Source: Spirochaetota bacterium
GTDB taxonomy: Bacteria > Spirochaetota > UBA6919 > CBDBPB01
Direction of reading: 5' to 3'
Assembly (NCBI GenBank): GCA_965208615.1
Contig: CBDBPB010000008.1
Coordinates: 32,001 to 96,000, forward strand
DNA length: 64,000 nucleotides
Shown: in pieces, positions 50,112-58,440 of the stretch
How positions within the stretch are numbered: the stretch's first letter is position 1
Layout of the letters: each line of letters opens with the position of its first letter
The notes under the pieces: model-generated
What the model saw: only the letters and a program-made list of their open reading frames with translations
Databases searched by the model: none
Told to the model about the DNA's origin: nothing
Position numbers and translations under genes: made by a program

Positions 50112-50657
50112 CTAGAACCTATAACCAATTGATGGAGTTACATCCAAAAAAAATCCCATTCCACCTGCATGTACTTTTACACTTAATCCAAGATATAGGT
50201 TATTATATATATAGAATTCTGTACCAAGTGCAAAGGCTCCACCATGTTTTTCAGTATTTTCGTTATCGTATCCACTTAGATATAAAAACTCATATCCTAC
50301 TTCTATGAATATAACAAACCAATCCGGAAAGTTAGAGTTACCAAAAATAAATCTAATACCTAAAAAGATAACGTGTACCATATTGTCATTGCTAATAGAG
50401 GGAATATTAAAATTATGAAAAGTATAATTAAGTCTAAACTGAGTCATAACCTCAGTACTAATTCTAGCTATATCTATTCCTATACCAAGCCCAAAACCTG
50501 TTGAGTGACCAATAACATCAGCAGGCTTATTAAAAGGCCTTGGAGCAAAAGTAAATTGAGCCTCTATATTTAATAAAGGAAATAATGACTTTGAAGTTAA
50601 TAGCAAAAAAACCACTAAGATTAACCTTAGTAAAGGCTTTTTTATCATAATATACAC
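50112..50657 (-). CDS. Small outer-membrane beta-barrel protein
   Basis: Signal peptide, alternating aromatic/Gly strands, C-terminal IGYRF. Confidence 0.7.
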   Translation of the reverse strand: MYIMIKKPLLRLILVVFLLLTSKSLFPLLNIEAQFTFAPRPFNKPADVIGHSTGFGLGIGIDIARISTEVMTQFRLNYTFHNFNIPSISNDNMVHVIFLGIRFIFGNSNFPDWFVIFIEVGYEFLYLSGYDNENTEKHGGAFALGTEFYIYNNLYLGLSVKVHAGGMGFFLDVTPSIGYRF

Positions 50658-50676
50658 CTTTTATCTTATTTTTAAG

Positions 50677-51267
50677 TTATAAATCATCTTCATCATCTTC
50701 AGTTAGTTGTTGTTGATATACCCATAGTTCTATCCAGTCTATATAGGTATAGTCCTCTCTTGATAAATGTTTAATTGAGGGATTTATACCAAGAGGCATT
50801 CCATCACTCAAAATGGGATCTATACTCAAAAGAGATCTTATAATATGCCATTTACTCTCCCTAATCCTTACTGCACCAAGAAGTTTAGAAGGTGTATAAA
50901 AACCTATAAGAGCTCTAAAAGGATTATCAGTTTTAACTTTAGCTATGATTAGATAGCTTGTTTTTGGTATTCGCCTTACTCTAGTGTTATAATAAACACT
51001 ACCCCCATTAGTACTATATCCAAACTCGAATATGCCGTTTTTTACTTTTACCACTCCACCCTTTCCTGTTTGAGTGATGAGTTCATGGTTCCACTCTTGA
51101 GTATTGTTATAAAAGTCCCATCTTTTAGCTAACACCCATCCACTGGATATCATAACCTCATAATGATGGTTTTTATTTGCATAACTCATTGCTAAATCGT
51201 TACCACAAGAGCTTGTTATAATTAATACTAATGTCAATAGGCTAAGCCTTAAAATAAAAGCTATCAT
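50677..51267 (-). CDS. Lipoprotein of unknown function (beta-rich)
   Basis: ITSSC lipobox, YIDWIEL strand, acidic tail. Confidence 0.65.
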   Translation of the reverse strand: MIAFILRLSLLTLVLIITSSCGNDLAMSYANKNHHYEVMISSGWVLAKRWDFYNNTQEWNHELITQTGKGGVVKVKNGIFEFGYSTNGGSVYYNTRVRRIPKTSYLIIAKVKTDNPFRALIGFYTPSKLLGAVRIRESKWHIIRSLLSIDPILSDGMPLGINPSIKHLSREDYTYIDWIELWVYQQQLTEDDEDDL

Positions 51268-51391
51268 TTTATATACCTAATTTAGCTATATCTCTCATAT
51301 AGACTAGGTTATAGTCAATTTTAGTATAAAAACACCTAACTTACTATTTTAGATATAATTTATGTTCTAATTTAGCTTAAGGTTAATAATA

Positions 51392-54346
51392 TTATTGAGT
51401 TTCTATTATTTTGAGGGTTTTTTCATATTTGTCTATGTTGCGGTGGTTTATACTCTTAGCTATTTTAATGAGCTTCTTTTGAAAGCTGATAGCCTTGCTA
51501 TAATCCTTTAAATGATAATAGCTAAGAGCAATAATATTATATACTTCGATAAGGATAGGCTTTTGGTTTTTTATTTTTGCTAAAATGGCCAAAGAACTCT
51601 TAGAATATTTTATAGCTCTATTATACTTATTTTGGTTATAAGCTTGTTCTCCCAGTTTGTTATATGAATATGCCATATAACTTTTGGCTTTTATTTCCAA
51701 CTTTATATTTTTTATAAAGTTAAAGTACTTTAGTGATTTAGTAAAATACTTTAACGACTTATTATAAAGGCTTTTATTATAATTTATTATAGCAATATTA
51801 AAATATACGTTTGCCATAGTGTTATACGCACTCTTATTCCTTAACAGTTCTATGGTCCAAAAATAATGCTTTAAAGCTTTATTGGGCTTATTCAGTTTTT
51901 CATAAATAGAGGCAATATTAACTAGGGTATTTGCAACCATAGTATTATGGAATAAGCCTTTTTTGATCTCCAAAGATATTCTAAGGTACTTTATAGCAGA
52001 ATTATAATCATTATTTTTAGAATACATAACTCCCATATCGTTAGTAATTTTTGCTTTTAGATATAGGGCATTTTTTAGTCCACTTTTGTCATTGGTATTT
52101 AATCCTTTAGATATGGCTTTATTAATGTTTTCTAATGCTATAGTATATTTTTGTTGTTTATAATAGTTATACCCAATATTGGTATATGTTCGTCCAAGAG
52201 CAATATCGTGTTTTACTAACTCATAGATAGTTTTGACTTTTTTTAGGTATATTATAGACTTTTTATATTCCCTTTTTTTAAAGTAATATTTACCTAAATT
52301 ATCATATACCCCCATTAACTCAACTATTATTCTAGCATTACCCTCTTTATATTTAGTTTTAGTACTAATTTTTTTAGCTTTTATTAATAGTTCTTCGCTT
52401 TTATTATAGTTATTACGTTCATTTTCAACCATAGCCATTTCTATAAGAATATCCACTTTAGCCCTCAAGTTATTATGTTTAAATCTTATGGCATAGGTTT
52501 TTTTTAAATAATTATAGGCCTTATTATACTCTTTTTTTTTGTAGTATACCATTGCTATACTGTTATAATTATTCGCAAGGAAATATTCATCTTTTTCTTT
52601 TCTATATATGTATGCAGAACTCTTATAATATTTAATTGCGTTATCATATTCGTTTAGAGCCTCATGTACTCTTGCTATATTATTTTGACACATAGCAATT
52701 TCCTTAGTCTTATTCAATGATTTAACAATTCTAAGGGCCTTTTTAAAGTATCCCAAAGTTTTTTTATACTGCCTTCTAATAAAATAGGCCATGGCAATAT
52801 TATTGGATGCACTTGATATTCCAAATGAATCATTAATTTGTTCACTTATTTTTAATGCTTTATTAAAGTATCCAATGGCTTTTTTAGGCTGATGTCTTTG
52901 TATATAAAATCCACCAATATTGTTATTAGCGGTAGAAATGCCATATAAGTCTTTATTTTGTTTACTAATATTCAGGGCTTTTTTAAAAAGCGATAATGCC
53001 TTATTAAACCTACCCTGATAACTGTATACTGTACCAATATTGTTATTTGATCTTGCTATCCAATAGTTATTTTCGGCGTTAGTAGACAGCCATAAAACAT
53101 TAGTAAAGTATTGCAATGCCAATCTATATTTTTTATTATAGAGATATATTTGTCCTATAGTATTATTAGCTTCAAGATGGTTAGAATTATATTCTAGAGC
53201 TTTGTTTAGGTTTGCTATTGCCTTATTAGGATATCTTACACCATAAGCTTGTCCAATTTTAGTATATATACCTGCCAGACGTACACGTACATCTTTATAG
53301 TTGTAGTTTATTTTTAATATTTGTTTGTATAAGCTAATGGCAGTATAATATTTACTTTTAATCTGTTGTAAAACGGCTTTATAATATAGTCTTTCAATTT
53401 TAGGTAGTTTTTTTCTTTCTATATTTTTGTAAAACAAATAAAAGTTTTCTTTGACCTTAAAAGGAGATTGAAATGGTATCATTTTAGGTCTCTGACTATC
53501 AAATCCGCTTTCTTGTAAATCAGATATCTTTAGATTAACGTGGGAGTTCAAATCTTCAAATGAATAGGCATTTTTATTTGGATCAAGCTCAGAAAAGAAT
53601 GCGGCCAATATAATACTAAACATCCCATTACCCACACCATTATATCCTAATCCCTCTAAAAACTTATATGTGCTACCCAAGTGGCTTTGCATACCTTTTA
53701 TTTGTTTATAATTAGCCTCTCTCGACTGCTGATGAGCAAGACTGCTATAAACCCTAATAATATTTGATCTATACCTTAATCTTTCCTTAACCTCTTTATT
53801 GTTATTAGACAGTCCCACTTGTTTATAGGCATTATCTGAGTTATCAGAGATTAGTATATTATTCCCTCCTTCTTCTGCTCCTGAATAGCAGGAATCCATT
53901 ATTATTACTGTATCATTTTTAAAAGAGTTAAAGAAATCATAAAATAGTTTTGGTTTTATAGTTTTTCTATCAGCAAAAATAGGCATACCATTGTTATTAC
54001 CATGACCTGCATAAATAAAAACAATAAGCTCATCCTTTTTGACCCTGGATTTAAACTCGTTTATAATGGATATAAAGTCATATAGCTCTACATTTTTATA
54101 TGAGCTAATCCTATTAAGAGGAACCTTATATAACCTTCTAAAAATAGTCTTATAAACCTCTATATCATTAATGGTATATTTTAAGTCTAAATCCTGACCT
54201 TTATAATCCTGATTGGCTATCATTAAAACATGGAATTTTGGTGTTTTATAGTCCTCTAGCTGGGATAGTTCAATAGAAAATAGGACATTAATAAAATTAA
54301 AGCAAAATATACATATAACAATACCCTTTATAAGGCTCTTATTCAC
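51392..54346 (-). CDS. Exported caspase-like (peptidase C14) protease with a long TPR array
   Basis: Signal peptide; FIYAGHG and IMDSCYSG His-Cys dyad; GMFS and QRP caspase C-terminal elements; more than ten TPRs. Confidence 0.82.
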   Translation of the reverse strand: MNKSLIKGIVICIFCFNFINVLFSIELSQLEDYKTPKFHVLMIANQDYKGQDLDLKYTINDIEVYKTIFRRLYKVPLNRISSYKNVELYDFISIINEFKSRVKKDELIVFIYAGHGNNNGMPIFADRKTIKPKLFYDFFNSFKNDTVIIMDSCYSGAEEGGNNILISDNSDNAYKQVGLSNNNKEVKERLRYRSNIIRVYSSLAHQQSREANYKQIKGMQSHLGSTYKFLEGLGYNGVGNGMFSIILAAFFSELDPNKNAYSFEDLNSHVNLKISDLQESGFDSQRPKMIPFQSPFKVKENFYLFYKNIERKKLPKIERLYYKAVLQQIKSKYYTAISLYKQILKINYNYKDVRVRLAGIYTKIGQAYGVRYPNKAIANLNKALEYNSNHLEANNTIGQIYLYNKKYRLALQYFTNVLWLSTNAENNYWIARSNNNIGTVYSYQGRFNKALSLFKKALNISKQNKDLYGISTANNNIGGFYIQRHQPKKAIGYFNKALKISEQINDSFGISSASNNIAMAYFIRRQYKKTLGYFKKALRIVKSLNKTKEIAMCQNNIARVHEALNEYDNAIKYYKSSAYIYRKEKDEYFLANNYNSIAMVYYKKKEYNKAYNYLKKTYAIRFKHNNLRAKVDILIEMAMVENERNNYNKSEELLIKAKKISTKTKYKEGNARIIVELMGVYDNLGKYYFKKREYKKSIIYLKKVKTIYELVKHDIALGRTYTNIGYNYYKQQKYTIALENINKAISKGLNTNDKSGLKNALYLKAKITNDMGVMYSKNNDYNSAIKYLRISLEIKKGLFHNTMVANTLVNIASIYEKLNKPNKALKHYFWTIELLRNKSAYNTMANVYFNIAIINYNKSLYNKSLKYFTKSLKYFNFIKNIKLEIKAKSYMAYSYNKLGEQAYNQNKYNRAIKYSKSSLAILAKIKNQKPILIEVYNIIALSYYHLKDYSKAISFQKKLIKIAKSINHRNIDKYEKTLKIIETQ

Positions 54347-54373
54347 AACTACGACCTTAATTAATATAGTATT

Positions 54374-55324
54374 TTAATCAGTCTTACTAATAATCTCTAA
54401 ATATTTTTTTCTTTTGTTTATTTTGACTTGACTTGGTGGTCTATCTTCTTTCATTAGCATATTATATTTGTTATTAGTTTTTTTAACCTTTTTTATTTTT
54501 TTAGCCTTATATATCTTAGACTTAGGTTTTTTGTATATTTTCTTTTGTAGTTCAGTATACTGTTCATCTTTAGAAGGCTTATCCTTGTATTGTTCATCTT
54601 TAGACGGCTTATCCTTGTATAGTTCATCTTTGTATAATTTGTTTTGTTCTTTAAATAGGCTAATCAATTTGGGATAGTTATTTTCTTTTGCTATATCTAT
54701 GGGGGTTTTACCATCATTATTTTTTATGTATATTGAGTTAGTGCTTAGCCTTTTTATCAGGAATAGGGATATATCATCATTTCCTTTGTAAGCACTAATG
54801 TGAAGTGGAGTATTATTAAATTTATACTTAATATTTAGATTTACTCCTATATTAATAAGATCCATTATTTTTTCTTTATTGTTGTTAATAATGGAGTCAT
54901 ATAGTTCTAGGCTAAGATTTTTAGTTAATATTGTTTGTATATTAAGACTTTCGTCTTTTTCGAAAAGGGTTAATTTATAGGGTATATCTTTATATAATTT
55001 TAGATTAAAGGTTATATATTTCTTTTTATTTTTATCTATCTCTTTTATTGAAAGGGTTTTTTTATTTATTTGCCAGTAAAATCTTTTAATAATGTTATTA
55101 TCTTTGATTATAAAGCCTTTTTTATCCTGAAAGAAGTGATATTCTTTATTTATATCCGAATTTAACTTGTTATCTTTATTATATATAAAATCTACTTTCC
55201 AGCTTCCGATTATGGATCTAAACAGCTTATTTTTGTAATTGTAATTTGATCCCAAAGAAAATATTAATAATAGTATTATACAGATTTTGATATACATATT
55301 GCTATAAACACCTGTATACTCCAA
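54374..55324 (-). CDS. Exported protein with lipocalin-like domain and ankyrin repeats
   Basis: Signal peptide, IIGSWKV, TPLHISAYKG, GKTPIDIA. Confidence 0.72.
   Translation of the reverse strand: MEYTGVYSNMYIKICIILLLIFSLGSNYNYKNKLFRSIIGSWKVDFIYNKDNKLNSDINKEYHFFQDKKGFIIKDNNIIKRFYWQINKKTLSIKEIDKNKKKYITFNLKLYKDIPYKLTLFEKDESLNIQTILTKNLSLELYDSIINNNKEKIMDLINIGVNLNIKYKFNNTPLHISAYKGNDDISLFLIKRLSTNSIYIKNNDGKTPIDIAKENNYPKLISLFKEQNKLYKDELYKDKPSKDEQYKDKPSKDEQYTELQKKIYKKPKSKIYKAKKIKKVKKTNNKYNMLMKEDRPPSQVKINKRKKYLEIISKTD
54561..54635. repeat. 30-bp tandem repeat (YKDKPSKDEQ), about 2.5 copies
   Basis: TGTTCATCTTTAGA(A/C)GGCTTATCCTTGTAT repeated. Confidence 0.85.
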
Positions 55325-55482
55325 CTTATTAATATTATATTAATTTAGGTCAAATTATTTTAGAGATAAGTTGAGATAATGTTAACAAGCCTTATCCATA
55401 GTCTAAAAGCTGGACGTAACTATAACAAGTAAACCAAGATACCTTCATCTATAAGTATTTCAATGTTATTAAAAGCAATCAT

Positions 55483-55508
55483 AAAAAAAGAGGAGCTATA
55501 CTCCCCTT
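55483..55508 (-). terminator. Intrinsic terminator of beta-helix gene 3
   Basis: GGGGAGU-AUA-GCUCCUC plus U tract; homologous to the terminator at 1853-1880. Confidence 0.75.
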
Positions 55509-55541
55509 AATTTTATAACAAAAATAAATATACTTATTAGT

Positions 55542-55607
55542 CTGACTCAAAATATGGTTGTACCTGACTCAATGTCTGACTGTACCTGACTCAAGGTTTG
55601 ACTGTAC
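55542..55607. repeat. 22-bp tandem triplication spanning the 3' end of beta-helix gene 3
   Basis: CTGACTCAA at 55542, 55564 and 55586; TGTAC at 55559, 55581 and 55603. Confidence 0.85.
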
Positions 55608-57587
55608 AAGTTTATATGTATTATCAACCCTTTTATTTTCATCATCACCCTCTCCATAGGTTGGAGTACCTGTTATGCTTGAATTATTATTATAAATAGC
55701 CCCACCTTTGCCTACTTTTTCTTTTCCACTTTCAATACTACCAGCAATGTTTTTATTAAAAATCACCGTATTATCTAAAGTGGGCTTGCTATTATCACTA
55801 TTATACATGCCCCCTCCGTATTGCTTAGCCTCATTGCTATTAAAAGTCACATCTTTTAAAGTGGGAAAGGTTTTATAATTATACATGCCCCCTCCTTTAG
55901 TAGCCGTATTACTAGTAAAAGTCACATCTTTTAAAGTGGGAAAGGTTTTATAATTAGTCATGCCCCCTCCGTGTATAGCCGTATTACTATTAAACTCCAC
56001 ATTTGTTAAAGTGGGAGAGCTATTACCATTAGCCATGCCCCCTCCGCCGTCATTTGCCGTATTACTAGTAAACTCCACATTTGTTAAAGTGGGAGAGCTA
56101 TCATAAGCATTAAACATGCCTCCTCCGGCCTCGGCCGTATTACTAGTAAACTTCACATTTGTTAAAGTGGGAGAGCTATTATTATTAAACATGCCCCCTC
56201 CGTACCTATTAGCCGTATTACTAGTAAAAGTCACATTTGTTAACTTGGGAGAGCTATTATTATTATACATGCCCCCTCCTAAGTCGGCCGTATTACTAGT
56301 AAACTCCACATCTTTTAAAGTGGGAGAGCTCTTCTCATTACCCATGCCCCCTCCGAGTTTGGCCTTATTACTAGTAAACTCCACATTTGTTAAAGTGGGA
56401 GAGCTATTATTATTAAGCATGCCCCCTCCGGCCTCGGCCGTATTAGTAGTAAAAGTCACAGTTGTTAACGTTGGAGAGCTATTATTATTATACATGCCCC
56501 CCCCTCCTAACAATGTGGCCGTATTACTAGTAAACTCCACATTTGTTAAAGTGGGAGAGCTTTTATCCCAATTAGCCATGCCCCCCCCTCCGTACTTTTT
56601 TGCTGTATTACTATTAAAAGTCACAGTTGTTAAAGTGGGAGAGCTATTATTATTAAGCATGCCCCCTCCGGCCTCGGCCGTATTACTAGTAAACTTCACA
56701 TTTGTTAAAGTGGGAGAGCTATTATTCTCATTATACATGCCCCCTCCGATCCAGTTAGCCGTATTACTAGTAAACTCCACAGTTGTTAACGTTGGAGAGC
56801 TATTATTATTATACATGCCCCCTCCGAGCAAGCTAGCCGTATTAGTAGTAAAAGTCACATCTTTTAAAGTGGGAGAGCTCTTCTCATTATACATGCCCCC
56901 TCCTAAGTCGGCCGTATTACTAGTAAAAGTCACAGTTGTTAACGTTGGAGAGCTATTATTATTATACATGCCCCCTCCGATCCAGTTAGCCGTATTAGTA
57001 GTAAAAGTCACATCTGTTAAAGTGGGAGAGCTATTATTATTAAACATTCCCCCTCCCCTATCATGGGGAGAACGACCATTAGCATTACCTTTGGTAATAG
57101 TAACCGCCGCTAGCTTTGCTGAGTTATTTAACTTTGCTTTGTCTTCTTTATCACCCGGATGATAAAAAACATGATAGACATTATCATTATCACTATCCTC
57201 TGTTCCAACATCACCGCTTAGAATAGTCTTATATTGTTCAGGATCGTTAGACTCATAAATATTTACACCAGGATAACTGCCAATAACCTCTACACCATTC
57301 TTTAAGGCAAAATGCTTATTACGATCACCACTACCACCATTTGGATGACTAGTAGGTTTATAAGTTCCTTTTGATACATATACCTTAACAGGTTTTTTAC
57401 TAGACTTAAACTTTTCTGAGGCTTTATTAATAGCCTTTTGTAGATCACTAAAGGCAGTATTCCAGGATTTCCCATTTTTAGTAGTACGCTTTTCACCTTT
57501 TTTTAAAGCTTTTACAAAGAATCCATTTACTTGTTTGCATTCTATTAATAAAACTAAAATTGCTAAAATAAATAATACTTTTTTCAT
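55569..57587 (-). CDS. Pmp-like parallel beta-helix lipoprotein (paralog 3, 17 mosaic repeats)
   Basis: LLIEC lipobox-like, VYVSKGTYKP, 17 GGGM...F(T/N)xN repeats, LVQSNLE. Confidence 0.82.
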   Translation of the reverse strand: MKKVLFILAILVLLIECKQVNGFFVKALKKGEKRTTKNGKSWNTAFSDLQKAINKASEKFKSSKKPVKVYVSKGTYKPTSHPNGGSGDRNKHFALKNGVEVIGSYPGVNIYESNDPEQYKTILSGDVGTEDSDNDNVYHVFYHPGDKEDKAKLNNSAKLAAVTITKGNANGRSPHDRGGGMFNNNSSPTLTDVTFTTNTANWIGGGMYNNNSSPTLTTVTFTSNTADLGGGMYNEKSSPTLKDVTFTTNTASLLGGGMYNNNSSPTLTTVEFTSNTANWIGGGMYNENNSSPTLTNVKFTSNTAEAGGGMLNNNSSPTLTTVTFNSNTAKKYGGGGMANWDKSSPTLTNVEFTSNTATLLGGGGMYNNNSSPTLTTVTFTTNTAEAGGGMLNNNSSPTLTNVEFTSNKAKLGGGMGNEKSSPTLKDVEFTSNTADLGGGMYNNNSSPKLTNVTFTSNTANRYGGGMFNNNSSPTLTNVKFTSNTAEAGGGMFNAYDSSPTLTNVEFTSNTANDGGGGMANGNSSPTLTNVEFNSNTAIHGGGMTNYKTFPTLKDVTFTSNTATKGGGMYNYKTFPTLKDVTFNSNEAKQYGGGMYNSDNSKPTLDNTVIFNKNIAGSIESGKEKVGKGGAIYNNNSSITGTPTYGEGDDENKRVDNTYKLVQSNLESGTVRH

Positions 57588-57769
57588 AATTCCCCCTATT
57601 GTTTTTTTAGCTTAAAACGTTAAGCTCTAATAGGCCAACGCATATAAAGCTATATCATTTAAAAATAAGCCCACTATAATGTAATAAATCCCGGGGAAAA
57701 GTAAAACTAAAAAAACTTAAATTTACTTTATGAGGGGGATAACTTTTAATATTCTCAATTGGCATACCT

Positions 57770-57933
57770 ATACATAATATGTAATAATTTAGTATAACGG
57801 ATACTTCATCAAGTTTAGGTTGTTGAAAATAGACATGCATATAAACTTGTACGCTCAGACCTTGAGTTAGGGCTGGTAGGTATATTTATTTTTTGTTAAG
57901 GCTAATGTTAGTATAGCTTTTCTTTTTTATGAT
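57770..57933 (+). pseudogene. Degenerate inverted 3'-end remnant (last codons, UTR and decayed terminator) of a fourth beta-helix paralog
   Basis: CATATAAACTTGTACgcTCAgACCTTGAGT...GTATATTTATTTTT...AGTATAGCT..TCTTTTTTATGAT aligns by eye with the reverse complement of about 55478-55690. Confidence 0.7.
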
Positions 57934-57980
57934 AATTTAGGTTATTTAGAGTGATATTATTTAGTAATTTAGTTATCATT

Positions 57981-58002
57981 TTATGACAAAGTTATGACAA
58001 AG
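57981..58002 (-). promoter_or_regulatory. Pho-box-like perfect 11-bp direct repeat
   Basis: Minus strand CTTTGTCATAA CTTTGTCATAA, matching the TGTCA 11-bp spacing of PhoB boxes. Confidence 0.55.
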
Positions 58003-58440
58003 TCTACAAGGTAAAAAGCAAGACATATAACGTAAAGGCGGATGTATTTTATATCTCTTTGTGGAACAGGAAAGTTAAAATATTTATGTAAAAGTTATTT
58101 TCCTGTGTCAAGCAGGTTATCCCTATATGCTCTTTAAGTGCTGTTTAAATGCCTTAGTAATGAACACAAAATATCACTTTTTATGCAAGTAGTCATCATT
58201 ACGGGAGCTATTAAGAATCCCTTACTGAGACTAAGAATTATAGACCCTTATTAAGTGTTAACGGATTTGTAGTTCCATAAAGGCGTAGAGCGGATTATTT
58301 AAATATTACATGTTGACTTTATATGTAAAACCTCAAAAAGTATACCTAATCCTCTATGATAAATAACAATCATAAAAAGTAAACTACTAAAACCTTCACT
58401 AACTAAATCTATCTAAAATTGTCTTAGAGTAATTCCTTAT

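Noticed and set aside
55790-57060. CRISPR-like appearance of regularly spaced repeats
   Set aside because: Units are in-frame coding repeats with recurring rather than unique spacers, and no cas genes are present.
56116-57162. 348-aa plus-strand ORF (MPPP...VGELLLL repeats)
   Set aside because: Antisense shadow of the repetitive beta-helix gene; it stays open because the repeated codons lack antisense stops. The same holds for 15562-15804 and 16411-16758.
57655-57840. 61-aa minus-strand ORF upstream of paralog 3
   Set aside because: No motifs or RBS, and it overlaps the inverted pseudogene relic.
55569-57933. Diversity-generating retroelement (TR/VR pair)
   Set aside because: No reverse transcriptase in the window; differences between the relic and the gene include indels and are not confined to adenines of one copy.
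57588-58440. Riboswitch or structured ncRNA in the 850-bp spacer
   Set aside because: No recognisable c-di-GMP, TPP, SAM or T-box consensus by eye; an Rfam/Infernal scan would be needed.
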